NCBI GenBank assembly: GCA_039621445.1
Contig: CP154954.1
Location: 19,330,642-19,394,641 of the forward strand
From: Euglena gracilis
Taxonomy: Eukaryota
Reading direction: 5' to 3'
DNA: 64,000 nt
How positions within the stretch are numbered: position 1 is the stretch's first letter; each line of letters opens with the position of its first letter. Positions 39,121 to 51,667 of the stretch are shown piece by piece. The notes beneath the pieces were generated by a model. The model was given only the letters and a program-made list of their open reading frames with translations. It searched no databases and was not told where the DNA came from. Made by a program: the position numbers and the translations under genes.

Positions 39121-41536
39121 TCCTTCTAACGTACATACATGCATGCATGCATGCGTGCATACATATTTTGGACACTGTTTCGAAACATGCAAGAAAACCA
39201 CAAAAAGCGTAAAAATGCAAAGACTGCAAAAGAAACATAGTTTCATTCCCCCCTTGCAACAAGTGAAGAAAAAAAATAGATGGTAGAATAGCAGTGTGGA
39301 GGCCAGCAAGAAAGCGCGAGAAAGGCTCTGGGTCAGGCCAGGAAGGAGGTCATCCGGCCTAACACTTGCAACAAGGGCCCAAAAATGAAGGTCTGATACA
39401 GCGTCTTGTGTGACGGCGTTCCCTTGTTTTTGTGAACAAACAACTGGGGGGGCTTAAGATTCAAGCTGAGATGAATACTTTTAAATACGTTTGGGACAGA
39501 AAGGAAAACCTTGAACACACAACCTGTTTCAGCACTGTCCCAACGCACCAGGGGGGGGGGGTGACCGAGCCAGGGTGACACGGATTGGACCAGGGCCTAA
39601 CTGTCAGGTAACCCAAAACACGTCCCCTCTTTAAGGTATTGTGCAAAACAATGATAACTTCCGAAGCCAATGCCCAAAAGCTTGTGTTGTAATGGTTGGG
39701 GACCATGGTGTTTGGGGTGGGTTTTCAGCACCTTTCCTCATTATTAAAGACGACTTTCCTCATATTGTGAGGACGCATAAGCGAGTGCAGAGGACAATTT
39801 CCGAGGGGGGGGGTCTCGATCAGAGGGGGAAATGACAGTTGTTTGCCGCCAACAGAAGAAACCAAAATAAAGTTCACACATGTTCGTGACCAGAAACCTG
39901 GAAAAAGTGTTTGTAGTTTTCTTCACTGTGGGAAATTGCAATAAAATGTGGGAGGAAAACTGTCAAGAGACGGGGCAGGAGCCAGACTATCAGGTCCCTG
40001 TGAGAGAAAAGTGGGTAGAGGACAGTTTTGTGGGGGTGGTATGTGGCCCGGTTTTTCCAGTGCAGTACAGGTCTGGGCCACCTTCCCGGGGAGGGGCCCT
40101 CCCTCAAAGCAGAACGGGAGTCGGCCAAACAACCAGGGTGTCGGAGGGGGTCGACCACCCCCCCACCAGGCCTTCCCGTTCTGCCCTGCCCCCCCCCCTC
40201 CCCCCCCAGGTTGGTCAAATTCAGCCTGTCGGAGGCAGGGGTTGAGAGGCTGCGGAAGGAGCTCGCTGTGACGGCAGGGTGCTCGACCCATCATTTGTCC
40301 CTGGCAATTCGAGAACCGGTTTGCTACAACTTCCTGACCTCCTGACCCAGAGACCCTGGCTTCACAAGGGACCCCGACCATTTCAGGCATCAGGGAGGAA
40401 GCGTGGGAGGTGGGGGGGGGGGGGTGACAGCCCTCTTTAGTTTGATGGTCCACATTCCACCACCCCAAAGTATCAGACCCTGCAGAGGCACCATTGTACG
40501 CCGTACACGCACAACATCATATACTGACACGGCGGCCGACACCCAATGGGGGGGTCATTGAGGGGCCGCACATGCGGCATTGCTTACCTGGCATGCTGCC
40601 CTTGGCGCTTAGGTGCCGCAGACAACATGGTGAGGAGCAGGCTGGATTTGACTGAACAACAGTCAGGCACCGAAGCAACCACATCCTTCCTACTGGTGAG
40701 AGCATTTCTGTGCAACGCACACCTTGGGGGTGGGGGGCTTGGGGGAGACAACCTTGAGTCCAATTTTTTTTGTTGCTTCGCACAAAAAAAAAGAGGGAGG
40801 GCCCCCCGTAGGGGGGGGTTAAGCACTCGGCTTGTCCCTGGGGACCCCCAATGTCACCAAACTGAAAATGATGTAGGCACCCCTGCTCCCCTTCTTGGGG
40901 GGGGGGTGGGGGGGGGTTGAACCCGCCATAAGATATGTGTTTGTGTGTGCATTGCACAATATTTTTGATAGAGTCGGTGAGAAAAAAATGCCCGAAAATG
41001 CCATTTGGGGGGGGGGGCAAATTTCAAATCCCCAAAAATTTCTGGCGCTTTGTGCGTATTTTTACAGGGGGAGGAAAGATCTGACCCCCCTCCAGGGGAT
41101 CATGACCTACCCTCCCTCCCTCCTTCCCTCCTGGGGGCGGCCCTGGGGGGGGGGTCTGAGACTTAAGTAAAACAATCCCCCGCTGAGGGGTAGGGTGCGC
41201 ATGGGTCAGGGTTTTGGCCTTGCTGAACGTAAAATTTTTCCAGCGTTTTGGGACGATTTTGGCTGTGGTCCAGAGGCCCCGACCCACCCACCCACTCTCG
41301 AAAACCCACCCCCAGGGGGGGTCGCACAGGTGTTCAGTGAATCTATGTGTGCGGCCCAAGTTACTTTGGCACTCGCCATTGAAAGCGTAGAAAGCACCAT
41401 CATCGCATAATTTTGGCCCCAGAGACCTCCTTGTCAACCCTGGGCGGGGCAGCGCTGGGCCCATTTTTGACGCATGAGCCCAGTGAGTCGGCATTGCAAA
41501 ATACAGCCTGGGAAGGGTTCCCAGCCCCCTTTGGAC

Positions 41537-44500
41537 TTATTTCTGGAGCTGCTTCTCGTATGTGATCAGTTGGTCGATGAAACCGTCACAAGGGAACGTT
41601 GCCAGCAAGCACCCATGGCAGCTCACTGAACAACGAGAGTGGTGGTGCGGAGAAAGAGCTGGCCCCCACAGAAAGTGCTTGATAACAGCTGGAGTCTTGG
41701 GGAAAGCAAATACCAAAAAAAACTTATTTCACAGGGGAAATAGGTGCTGGGAGCCTCATCAACAACCAAATACCGAGAAAACTGAAGAATCACAAACTAA
41801 GTAAAATGAGTTGTTTGTTTTGTTAGTTTGTCTGGCTTCACTCACGAGGGGTGGCCCTCCTGAGTTGGTTGTTGGATCACCCCGCCCTGCCATGAATCCT
41901 ATTCCCTAAACCACTTGATTTGCGCCAATTGGAGACATGGGTTTTCTTTAAGCACACAACACCCGGACAGGGTAAGGCCGGAACCGAGCCGGACATTCTG
42001 AAAAAAGAAACCGGCAGAATATAATCGGAAATTTTTTGTTTGTATTGTTTGTATTTTTCAGAGGCCAACCTGAAAAATATTTGCCAAAATAATCCCTAAT
42101 TTTCAAGCAGGGGTCAAGAACGATGAAATGATGGTTTGTTCTTGTTGTTGTTGTTTTGTCTAATGGGTTTTTTTTGTGACCCCTGCCCACTGGGAATGCC
42201 TGCTGGGCTGGTTGCGAAGGGGAGCCCCTTTGGGGGCCTTAAAAAGAAGCCTGGCTGTGACCTTCAGGACTTCAGAACTGCGTTCATTGGCGTTTCAAAA
42301 CTGCATTCAGTGAGGCTTCGTCAGGTGGTTGAAGCACATCCAGGGCACTGGGCTACTTCAAACCATCAAAAAAAGACACAAATACCTCATTCGTGACCGA
42401 ATCGGAATTCTAGCATTGTGTTGTGATGTAATGTGCCATGCCCCCCCCCAACAGTGTCCCATACCCAGCTCGACCACAGGGTGGGTATGGGACACTATCA
42501 GGGGGGCCACTATTGGGGTGGGGGGGCTGTCTGGCACCATCGGGGTGGGGGGGGGGACAAGGGACTTTCAATCGAGCTTTGGGGCTTGGGTGCGCCCCAG
42601 CGCTCCGCCACGTACCGTGTAGCATCAGCGGCGTTCAGCCCCTTCTCTTTCATCACGTAGGCGATGGCGAACACTGGCCCTCTCGGGCTGGAAGTGGTGG
42701 CAAAAAGTACAACCCTTCCCACCCCCCCCAAAAAAACAATACCCCCCGTATTTCTGTTCTTTTGAGAGACATTTGTTGGGCAAATGCATCTTCAAGCACT
42801 CTTCCTAACCTCAAATCCGTTAAATGGCTTCTTTTTTGGCCCTTTTCAACCTCGAATTTTTTGACTTCAAAAGATTTCAGGAGGGAATACTCCCCCCAAA
42901 TAATAGCCCCCTCTTGGACCGGGACCTCGGGTGAAAAGGAGCAAACCCCGTGGTATCATTTGGGGATTTAGTAATGCTGGTGGGGTTGGACCAGACTGAA
43001 TTTGACCAACCGCGGGGGAGGGGGGTTCAGAATGCCCGGGAGTGTAGGCAAGAATGACCTGAGTTTTGTGCTGGCCTGGTCACGCATCGTCAGTCAAACC
43101 CGGGTCATTGGGCTTCCAGGATGGGAAACCGAGGCGGCGCAGTGCACGTAGGCGGGCTCCCCGGCCGCCTTCGCCCCGTCGATGGCATCGATCACCTTCG
43201 GGAGCACTGCTAGCACGTCCCCTGTCTCGTCCTCGATCTCCACTGTGCCCGGGGCGCCGCTGACAGACCCCCCGGCGCGCCGCAGTTTAGAAAGTTGGGA
43301 AAGTAAAACCGATTGGATGGATCCTGAGGGGTTGGATTTCCGCAAAATCCAATTGCTTCTGCCTCCCAGAGGGCCTCCGGGCTTCAGCGGCGCTCTGGTC
43401 GGGACGTAAGTTTTCCCGGGGTAGAAGTCCGAGGCAGTGGCTGGCCAGCAACGGTGCAACCCACGATTGAAAATAAACAAATGAAATCTTTCAATAACTG
43501 GGTCCCCTTCCGGGGGGTTAGATGAACATGGGGGGACTCCCTGCATTTCACAAGAGGGCCCAAGAGCCAAGGCAGGGTCGTGCTCTCCTCGTGCTTTTTG
43601 TTTGTTGGTTTGGAATAAGAGATCTTTAGTACACCACATTTGACACCAAACTCCGGTTTGTTTGTTTGTTTGACACCCATTTACTCCTAAAAACTTGTAG
43701 GGGAAAAGTCGATGAAAACACCCAAAAAAAACATTCACCTCGCCTCACTCAGGACCAACTTTGACGGCCGAAATAATAACCCCCCAATCAGGCTTTTTGC
43801 TTAAGGACCCCGGGGGGGGGGGGTACTGGCTAGCCAATCGGCAAGCCAATCGGCTAGACACTGGAAAAAGCTAGACCCCCGGGGTCCAGGGGTCCCCCGA
43901 ACTGGAAAAATGAGGTTTTTAACAGGTTTTTGGCTGATTTTGTTCCAAAAATTCCCAGAAATGGCCAAAAACGGGCATTTTGGGCCATTTTTGGGGGTCC
44001 CAAAAAAATTTGAAGCGCCGGGCACTGGGAAAAAAATTTCCACTAGCTAGCCCTGCTAGCAGACCCCCCCCCGGGGGGGTCTGCTAGAAATCCCACTCGC
44101 CAGATTTGGACTCGCTGCAGCCCAGCCCCCCCCCCCCCCACGGGGGGTACTGCAATCCCTTAAGCAAAAGCCTGCCCCCAATGAACTGAAACCAGAAGCA
44201 TTGGGAAAGTCATACAGATCATTGGGCAGCTGTTGTCTGCCTCTGCACTCCCACACATCTTACGACATTTCCTGAATGTGTACCAACAATGCCAAGAGCC
44301 TTATATTTGGGCAGAATTTAGGCTCTCAGGGAGTTGATTTGGGGGCACTGTTTTTGGAGGGGCAAAAAGAACGTTTGGGCAGCGTGTACCTACTTCTATT
44401 GCCTCAATACCATTTTTATGTGTATATCTGTCGCTGCAGTTGTATTTTAGCATATACAGGGGGAGGGGGATAAAATTGTTCCGCATGATTTTCAGCGCCA

Positions 44501-46323
44501 AAAATTGACCGAGAAGGTTCAATTTTCAATTCAAACATGGCCCCTGGCCTTTCTTTTTGGACTCTCAGACATTTCCCCTCAATGCATGGTCATTTTCATT
44601 TTCATTAGGCCCGACTGAAATATAGCTGATTCAAAGGTCAAGAAAAAGAAGCACAGAAGAAGTGTATTTATTTGAGAAAAGTATTTACAAATTAGGAGTG
44701 AAAAAGAAAAAAAGATTGAAGAAGAATTATCAGCAGGTGCAGAGACAGGAGACAAAAGAATAGGTTGAGATTAAGGATAGGTTGGTGAGCACAGGGGTTT
44801 GTGGGCATGTTTAGTGATGAGATTTGGACAGCACCACCAGGATGCAAAGTCGCTAGTTCCCCACTGGGCAGGCCCCGGATTGCTTTTGTTCAGTCCCGCA
44901 TTGATCACGGTCCGCGGCAGCACCACCCAGCACTACGGCCACCTTCCCGTCACCCAGGCCCTACACAGCGGTGGCCGGCGGGGCTTCAAAGATTCTGCAA
45001 TTTGCTCCGCACCCTCCCCTTGGAAAAAAAATAATCCCCTGCTGACCGGGGGCAAAATACCCAATGAAAAAAAAAATGCAAAAAAATGCAAAAAATGCAA
45101 AAAAAATGCAAAAAAATGCAAGAAATGCAAAAAAATGCAAGAAAAAATCAGTATGCAAAAAAAGCAAACTATGCAACTTGCATGTCCCCCCTGCCCTGGC
45201 CTTGGAGTTTCCAACGGAGCAGGATAGTGCACGAAAATTCCTTCTGAAAAAAAGGTGCCGAAAGAAACTTCTGACCTAAAACTTAGCCCCTTAAGGAAGG
45301 GGGAGGGGCTGTTCACGTTGTGACCCCCTGGCACTTTCCTGGGCAAAAACCCATCCACCCACTTTTTTTTGAAAACCTGCCAATCCACAGCACCCACTCA
45401 GCCACCCAAAATCGCCCGAAAATCAGCCAAAAACCCTTAAGAATTTTCTGTCCAACCTACTGCCCTGGCGCACACCACCCCAAGGGGGGGGGGTCAGCAG
45501 TCCAAACCCACCCGCCCACTTTTGAAAATACACTCACCCGTCTCCCTCCAGGGGGTGGGATCACACAAGGGATAAATGAATGTGTGGTGTCCAGATATCC
45601 AGGTTCCCAGGGTTCCGCCCGTGTGGGGGTGGTCCTGGGCTTCACATTCAAATCATCCAAGAGTGGCAATTTCAGGGCGTCGTCCTTCGTCCCAATGTGC
45701 AGCCATGGAAAGGGGGAGGGCCATGCGAAAGCACAGGAAGTGAGCAGCAAAAAAGCAACTCAACTCGCAACTCCCCAAGATGAGCTGGACAGCTGCAAAA
45801 TTCTTCATCGTTGTTCTTCGCCAGCCCCTGAAATAATCCTCTCAAGAATACTTTGTAAAAATTGAGAATGTGTTGATGAAGAAAACCATTGCACACAGCC
45901 TGCACAAAAAAAAAATCAAACAGGGTCCACCCAATCCCCCCCCCCAGCCCCCCAGCCCCCTAGCCCCCTACGGGCGGATCTGGATGCCCGCAGACAAGGA
46001 TCCTCTTGGGGTGGGATCGGACATCATTGATGAATTTTTGTTGGAAGATTTCAAAGAGCGCCCGTTGTGAAAAGCCACACCCTTCACGCTTTGGGGAAAT
46101 TTTGGGTGCTTTGCTTACAAATCTGTTTGTGTTTAAAGTTTCCGGGATCCAACACGCGGCTGGAGAACGCAAACCTTGCGCCACCATTTGTCGGCCGTTG
46201 ACAGGCCCTTCTGCCCTTCCTGCAGCGCCCTCAGCGGATCTCGGCGGGGGGCAGCCCGTGGTTGACGTCGGGGCGGGCCGCCTTGAGGCATGCGGCACGG
46301 ACGTCGGCTGGGGTGGAGGACAT
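41537..46323 (-). CDS. Dual-specificity protein phosphatase (atypical DUSP), 7 exons, 168 aa
   Basis: Exons 46236-46323, 45641-45710, 44870-44912, 43401-43429, 43123-43244, 42592-42682 and 41537-41600 sum to 507 nt: ...PAEILPWLHIG...VKTVINAG...YVPVEIED...VHCAASVSRGPVFAIAYVM...FPCDGFIDQLITYE. The CX5R catalytic loop is assembled across an intron. Confidence 0.9.
43789..44174. mobile_element. hAT-type MITE (family A), nested in a phosphatase intron
   Basis: Homologous to 14825-15221; perfect 8-bp TSD CCCCCAAT. Confidence 0.95.
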
Positions 46324-46787
46324 GGCGGGGGCAGCTGTGCTGTGGGGGGGAAGCGGGGGGATTCCCACAAAACCAGCAACACATCAAGACAGCATTGCTG
46401 CGTGCTCTGAGGTCATGCTGCAGGCGTTTCAAGCCGTTGTTGGTGACAGCCTGTCTGCAGAACAAAGGATGCAAGCTTCTTCACAAACGGCCACAGGTTG
46501 GTTGCCCCGGCGTACGCGACAACACCTGACAGAGAAACTACACTCCCCATCACCACAGACTCGGCCCCAAGGGCGCCCCACACCACACGGCGCTCGGAGG
46601 TTTGGCACGTCTGACAAGGATGAGTCTTGGTCTTGTATTCTTGGGGGGGTACCAAGAGTGACCCAAGATTCTTGCCCCCCCACCCAAGACCCAAGATCTT
46701 GGGTGCAGGCAATGCGAATGTGAAGAAACAAGATGCTCAACACCAAGTCTTGGCCCTTGCCATCACATGCATGGTGCTTCACAAGGA

Positions 46788-48402
46788 TCAAGATTTGCGT
46801 CGTTTTGCTAGGATCTCATCTAGCAACGCCTCCTGTTTAGCACGATGCTTTTCACGCAAAGCAGAGTTGCGCTCAGGCTGTTTTTTTTTTTACCAACCCC
46901 GGGGGGGAGGGGGGTCAGAAGTGCCTTTGAGTGCCTGCCCAGGCAGGCACTACCCCCCCGGGGGGGGTTGGGTTTCGGCCTGTGCCCAGGCACTTTCCTT
47001 GGAAAATCGGCCATTTTAGGCCATTTTTTTTTGCCTTCCGGCGCCTTCGGCGCCAGGGTGCCTTGCCAGGCACTTTTGGCCAAGTTTGTTGGAGTGCCTT
47101 GGGGTGCCTGCCCACTAAAAAACAGCCTGGTTGCGCTTGGTCCTTTCTTCGGCCAGCTTTGGACGCATGACAGAAACATAGTTCATGGCAAGCCAGAGCT
47201 GTGACTCGCAGTGCGAAGCGGTTAGGCGAGCCCGCAACTTCGTGAACATCTTGCCCTGGATCGAGAAGCTCCTTTCAACGGCCGCTTCCGTCACTGCAGC
47301 CTCTCCAAGCGCCAGCGCGAACTGGGGTAGCTCAAATGCCGAAGTTGCTTTGATGGCAGGGTTGTAAAGGTATTTCAAAGATTCAGGGACACACAAACAG
47401 GTTGGCCAAATAACATTGTTCGCATGCCCAAAAGGTCGACATCGTTGGCTCACACAAGAAAGAAAACTTTAGTTTTGCGACGAGGTGCCTACCAACGAAT
47501 GAAAATGTCACCGAAAACAACACTGGTCACATGCCCAGTACTCAGCGTAGGAGTCCGACGTTGATATCGTCCTCACCAGAAACCGACCGAGTTGTCCTGA
47601 AAAAGAAAAATAACCATTTCAGGTTACACGAACAGAGGCACACCAGCAAAGGACATGTCATTATCAGCAACAATACAGAAGACAAACACCTCCTTGGAAT
47701 CCAAATCTTGGATGATTATTTCCAATTGCTTCAATATTTCAAGGGTGTTCAGGCATGGCACACGGAGGCTCCTCCAAAAATAAGATTTGCCCTCACAACC
47801 AATGGATACGTTCAATAATCTCATCCGGTTCAAGGTCCCCCCATCCACCAGGAGGAAAACGTTCTTACTGCGCAACCTGAAAAAATATTTTTGCATGCAC
47901 GGTAAAAATGAAAAAAATACCTTCGCAAAAGAACATTCTCTGCATTACTCTTGAGCGTTTCGGTTGCGGATGCTAATTCATTTCGATCCATCTTCCGTGG
48001 GATTTGAACGCCGAAGGCGTCACGGAAGGACTCATCATCCACCAATTGGTAAGGAAGCCCATTTTGTGCAAACGCAAGGACAACTTTTTCCCTTTGTTGG
48101 CGATCAACTTCGTCCTTCATTCCGAAAGCACGAATGTCCATTTGACCTGAACCCTGTTCTTCTGCAGATCCCTCAACCGAGGCAAACTCCTTGCGGTGCA
48201 CATCACGGATGTGAATACGCAATCCATTTGTGGAGAAATTGGTTGCCTTGATAATCTGATTACAAGGAACTTTGGTGAGGGCACCATCAACATTTGCATC
48301 AATTTCCAATGTACACTTGTACAACTGGCCTTTCCAAGTCGCAGGTAAATCAGGCAAGGTCGTCTTATCAACGGCTTTGTAGAACTTCTTGAACACAGCC
48401 AT
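46788..48402 (-). pseudogene. hAT transposase remnant
   Basis: BED-like finger (C...C...LRIHIRDVH), LPYQLVDDESFR, LLVDGGT, IVADN, and the hAT C-terminal motif TEAAVERSFS..G......RARL. There is a 44-nt GT-AG intron at 47877-47920. The central region is much shorter than a full hAT transposase and has stops in all frames. Confidence 0.85.
46874..47129. mobile_element. hAT-type MITE inserted in the transposase reading frame
   Basis: TIR CAGGCTGTTTTTT / AAAAAACAGCCTG; perfect 8-bp TSD GTTGCGCT. Confidence 0.95.
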
Positions 48403-50248
48403 GATAATGAGAAACCTTCTGTGACGAAAAAATTTTTCGGCCGGGGTCCCAAGACCCAAGAATCTTGTCATTCTTGGGTACCCCCCCAAGAAGCAAGATC
48501 TTGGGGGGGTAACCCAAGACCCAAGACTCATCCTTGCGTCTGACGAGGACCGTTGGTCCCCCAGGCGGGGTCCACCGTGGCGGACAGCCCGAATTTCCCA
48601 AAGGAATATTCATTGGTATGGTTCAGCATGCCGTGCCGAGGAGGTCGGCTGACCAGGGGGGGGGGGGGGCCATTTTGCCGTGCCGAGGGGGTCCGACCAC
48701 CAGGGGGGGGGGGGGGGCTGCCGAACCTCCCTCCTGACCGTTGCTCCTTCCGACCCCTCACCGTGGCTGGGGGGAGATGGGCTCGTCAAGGCCGAGGATT
48801 ACACCCGTGCGGAGCTGGCACCCATCCTCCTCATGCCGTGTCACCCTCAGGATGAGGAGGGGCTCACCACTTTTCATGGATCGCCTTTTTCCCGAGGCCA
48901 TGCTCACCCCAAGGAGCTTCGTCTGATTTCACGTGGGCTTACATGGGCCTGGCTGTACATTGAGCCACCATGCGCAGGTGTCTCCACGGCGACCTCCCTG
49001 CGTTTAGGTGACTGGCCAGTGACCCAGTCGATAGCGATCCCCAACACCAGTGCGCCACACTCCAGTGCAACCCAGAAGGGGCCAGAGCCCCCGCTGGGCC
49101 ACCCGGGTTTCCCCGGGGAGGAACAGACAGTCTGAACCGCAGCCCCCGGCCGGGTGCGTACGAACTTTGGCCGTTTTCACAGGCCTTGCCTGTTTACCCC
49201 CCCCCCTTTATTTGACCCCCTCCCCCCTTAATTGAGCATTTGGGTCCGGGGAATTTTTTTTTCATATGCACCGAAGGCGCCGAAATTTTTTTTTGCCCTT
49301 TTTCTAAAGGAATTTTTGACCCCCCCCCTTATTTGACCCCCCCCTTATTTGAGCATTTGGGGGGTCCGTTGGCCCGTGGGTGTGCTCAAATAAAGGGGGG
49401 GGGTACCTTGGGTGCAGCCAGGGTTGGGTTTTAAACAACTTGGAGAAGTTAAATGCAAAAAAACTGTATTAAACCAGATATAATCGGCGTGCACCTTTTG
49501 TGTACATGGTGCTCCGGCGGGTCAGAGATATACATCCCACGTCATCCCGAGGGGACTCGGTTGAGTGTTCTATGTACAACATTTACACCGTAGGTGGTGA
49601 GAGTTATTTACAGCTGACGTGAGCGTTGTGAGATTGAAAATGAGCAAACCCACTTTCTCGTGTGGCCACCGTAGCCCCCAGGCGTTCCTGGTGGTTAGCG
49701 TACATGAGCAACAGAGGGCATTGTGCTCCGTCCGCCCGCTGCTTCTGCCTTCCGTCATCCGTCGTCCTGCTGCGTGCTTCCCGCGTTCTCCGGCTCCTGC
49801 ACTGACACATCCTTGCGTGGAAGTTTTCGGTGAGAATTGTGTTTATCGGGCTTGAGAAGTGGCAAATCACAAGTTGCAAGGGAGCCCAGGGGCCGGTAGA
49901 AGGTGCAGAGACCGCTACGGTCATTTGAAAGGCTGAATATCCATTTACGACTGGTACGGGGAATGTGTACTTACGTCACCACAGCAGAAGCTGTTCAGGG
50001 CATTGCCCCCAAGCCAATTGTCGGGCTAGCTCTCGCATCAATGCCATTCCAATTCCCTGCCACACATTGGCCTCCACACCCCGCATCTCCCAGCCGTTGT
50101 GTTGGCTGGTCAGAAGGCGGATGCATGTGGACATGAAGCCCTGTCCTGCTTCACTCATGCCTCATAGCAGTCCATGACCAAGGGAACAAAGGTCCAGCCA
50201 CGCCGCTTGCAAGGGTCTCCATACTTGGCAATTTTGTCTTCCTCCTGT

Positions 50249-50656
50249 CAAGGTTGACAGCTTGTTTTTTTTGAAACAAAAAAAACATGTCTTTTTTTTA
50301 AAAAAAATATGATTTTTTATAAAAAAAAACAAAAAAATGCCACGGAGGGTTTGGGTGAAAACTTTTTTGAATCTTTTTTAAAGGAGAAAGGTCATTTTTT
50401 TATCTTTGCCACTTCGTAGTCCGTAAAGGGTGATGGTTTTCACATGAACCATGATTTTAGTATTTTTGGATGAAGGGTCTGGGAAAACGAAAGAAAACGT
50501 CACTTTGATGACCAAAAAAAAATGAACTTTTTCCTCAAAAAATGGCCATTTCACAGGGAAAAAGGTCAATTTTTGCTTTTTCAAAAAACATGTTTTTTTT
50601 GCGGGTTTTTTTTATAAAAACATGTTTTTTGTTGTTGTTTTTTAACGTCAACCCTG
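50249..50656. mobile_element. hAT-type MITE (family B)
   Basis: Ends CAAGGTTGAC / GTCAACCCTG; perfect 8-bp TSD CCTCCTGT. Confidence 0.93.
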
Positions 50657-50688
50657 CCTCCTGTCGGTGGTGCCAGTTGTCCACTTAA

Positions 50689-51512
50689 GCCGGCGTTTGA
50701 GACGCCGGGCTCAGGACAGAACCGGCGTCCCCCCCCACGGGCTTTCCGGACGCCGGTTCTGTCCTAAAGCCCGGCGTTAGGAACGCCGGGTTGTGGACAA
50801 AGCCCGGCGTCCGGTTTTCATTCCTAAAAATGTCACCAAAAGTGCCCAAAAGTGGCCCTAAGGTGCTGGTATGAGTGTTTCAACCATCAAGGACAATGAA
50901 TTTTGCCATCTGGGGACCAGTGGGGTGGATATCCAAATCTCGTGAAAATCAGCCAGATTTGGAAATAGAGTACCGTGCAGCGTGGAAAGATCTGATGAGC
51001 ACCGCTGGTCGTCTGTTGAAAAGAGCTTTCGATCGATGGGTAACTTGGTACCCTAACGTTGCACGCAGCCCGAGATACGCTCGCGATGGTCGGATCGGCC
51101 AGAATCTGAGTCGAAACTTGTAGCAATCTTCAGTGACTTTTGGTTTAAGATGCTGAATAAACCCTACAGAAACGTTTTTCCTCTTCGAATCAACGACCTG
51201 AGGGCCTTGGGGGGGCACCAGAGTTGTGAAATTAGGATTCCCCAGTGACAGAAAATAAGAGCTCCAGGCGACGTGGCTGAATTTGGTGGTGATCGCCAGT
51301 CGTCTGATGAAAAGAGCTTTCGATCGAGGGGTGATTTTATACCTGGACAATTGACACAGCCAGAAATACCCTCGCGATCGCCGGAATTTGGTGAAGTGCA
51401 AAGTGGTGTGACATTGCAGATCAGTGGTCGGAGATTGGTCCTGGGAGTGTCCTTTGGCCGAAGGTTGGGGACGCCGGTTCTGTCCTGAGCCCGGCGTCTC
51501 TAAAACGCCGGC
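50689..51512. mobile_element. TIR element bounded by TTAA
   Basis: ~45-bp inverted repeats GCCGGCGTTT..GAGACGCCGGGCTCAGGACAGAACCGGCGTCCCC, with TTAA at 50685-88 and 51513-16. A related hairpin lies just outside (51519-51588), so the true boundaries are uncertain. Confidence 0.6.
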
Positions 51513-51667
51513 TTAAACAAGAGGTGGCGGACGCCGGTTCTGTCCAAAGCCTGGCGTTCCGGACAGAACCTGCGTCCGCCACCTCTTTTTTGTAGTAGAA
51601 ACCGTGTTTGGGCCGATTTCGAGACTTTAAAAGTTTTAAATCTTCGCCCAAACACGGTTTCTATACA

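Larger units (their letters stand above)
46615..48536 (-). mobile_element. hAT-superfamily DNA transposon, internally degenerate
   Basis: 16-bp TIR CAAGGATGAGTCTTGG / CCAAGACTCATCCTTG, subterminal CCAAGA repeats, flanking direct repeat CGTCTGA (46608-14, 48537-43), and transposase motifs inside. Confidence 0.92.

Noticed and set aside
38288-39309. Long ORFs (HTYI/MYVC repeats)
   Set aside because: Artefacts of the stop-free (TACA)n microsatellite.
48680-49135. 151-aa ORF next to the hAT element
   Set aside because: No recognisable motif; may be a decayed mobile-element fragment.
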